DNA from: Candidatus Iainarchaeum sp. | GTDB taxonomy: Archaea > Iainarchaeota > Iainarchaeia > Iainarchaeales > JAZDFD01 | Assembly: GCA_043808155.1 (NCBI GenBank) | Contig: JAZDFD010000004.1 | Span: forward strand, 1-16,250 | DNA length: 16,250 nt | Direction: 5' to 3' | In this document: positions 15,969-16,250 of the stretch, one piece after another | Layout: each line of letters starts with the position of its first letter | How positions within the stretch are numbered: the stretch's first letter is position 1 | Program-made: the position numbers and the translations under genes | The notes under the pieces: model-generated | What the model was told of the DNA's origin: nothing | The model's database searches: none | The model's input: the letters and a program-made list of their open reading frames with translations, nothing else

Positions 15969-16053
15969 ATGAAAAAATATATTACTGCAGGTTCGAATGA
16001 AATGAAGAACCTGCACATATCTCGGAGTGCCCGTACGAAATCGGGCATGAAAA
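15969..16053 (+). repeat. 78-bp double-hairpin (REP/MITE-like) element flanked by ATGAAAA direct repeats
   Basis: TGCAGGTTC-12nt-GAACCTGCA (15986-16015), TGCCCG-8nt-CGGGCA (16028-16047), ATGAAAA at 15969 and 16047. Confidence 0.6.
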
Positions 16054-16250
16054 GAGTTTTAGTTAGTGGCGGAGCAGGATTTATTGGAAGTCATGTTGTA
16101 AATGAACTTGAGAAACGAGGCAATGAAGTAGTAGTTCTTGATAATTATGTCGGCGGGAAAAACAATCTGAAATATCTTTCAGAAAATGTTGAAATTATTG
16201 AAGGCGATATGTGTGACAGAGAAGCATGCAAAAAAGCACTGAAAGATGTT
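15969..16250 (+). CDS. NAD-dependent epimerase/dehydratase (NDP-sugar, SDR family), 3' truncated by window
   Basis: MKRVLVSGGAGFIGSHVV..L...G.EVVVLDN (Rossmann GxxGxxG) from ATG 16047. An in-frame upstream ATG at 15969 carries the SD AGGTGA, so the real start is 15969 or 16047. Confidence 0.9.
   Translation, partial: MKKYITAGSNEMKNLHISRSARTKSGMKRVLVSGGAGFIGSHVVNELEKRGNEVVVLDNYVGGKNNLKYLSENVEIIEGDMCDREACKKALKDV

Noticed and set aside
157-16048. Many antisense or alternate-frame ORFs (e.g. 956-1252, 3256-3618, 7353-7724, 9580-10098, 11059-11577, 15626-16048)
   Set aside because: They lie within or largely overlap well-supported genes, have no motifs, and are typical shadow ORFs.
1-16250. CRISPR array, transposase/integrase, intein in NrdD, tRNA genes
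   Set aside because: No regularly spaced repeats, no recombinase or transposase ORF, NrdD motifs are contiguous with no intein-sized insert, and no cloverleaf was seen.

Overview
AT-rich archaeal chromosomal window; the gene content is compatible with a DPANN-type archaeon such as Iainarchaeota/Diapherotrites, but the taxon is only an inference. In order it holds: the 3' end of an AMP/thymidine phosphorylase; the conserved rpl21e-rpoF-DUF655-rsmA(ksgA) cluster on the minus strand; a 437-bp palindrome-rich divergent intergenic region; a TATA-binding protein with unusually symmetric repeats and a basic tail; and a stand-alone 5S rRNA. Next come a class III ribonucleotide reductase locus, its activase nrdG, pdxS/pdxT, and an N-glycosylation cluster (aglB, Alg7/AglH-like, Alg14-like, Alg13-like, GT2, GT4, radical SAM/SPASM, NDP-sugar epimerase). 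Three signals stand out. (1) NrdD is split so that the glycyl-radical segment is a separate 63-aa polypeptide with its own ribosome-binding site, and it has a possible C-*-N-A-C readthrough tail. (2) A 78-bp double-hairpin element flanked by a duplicated ATGAAAA sits in frame at the start of the epimerase. (3) The two TBP repeats share near-identical DNA blocks.
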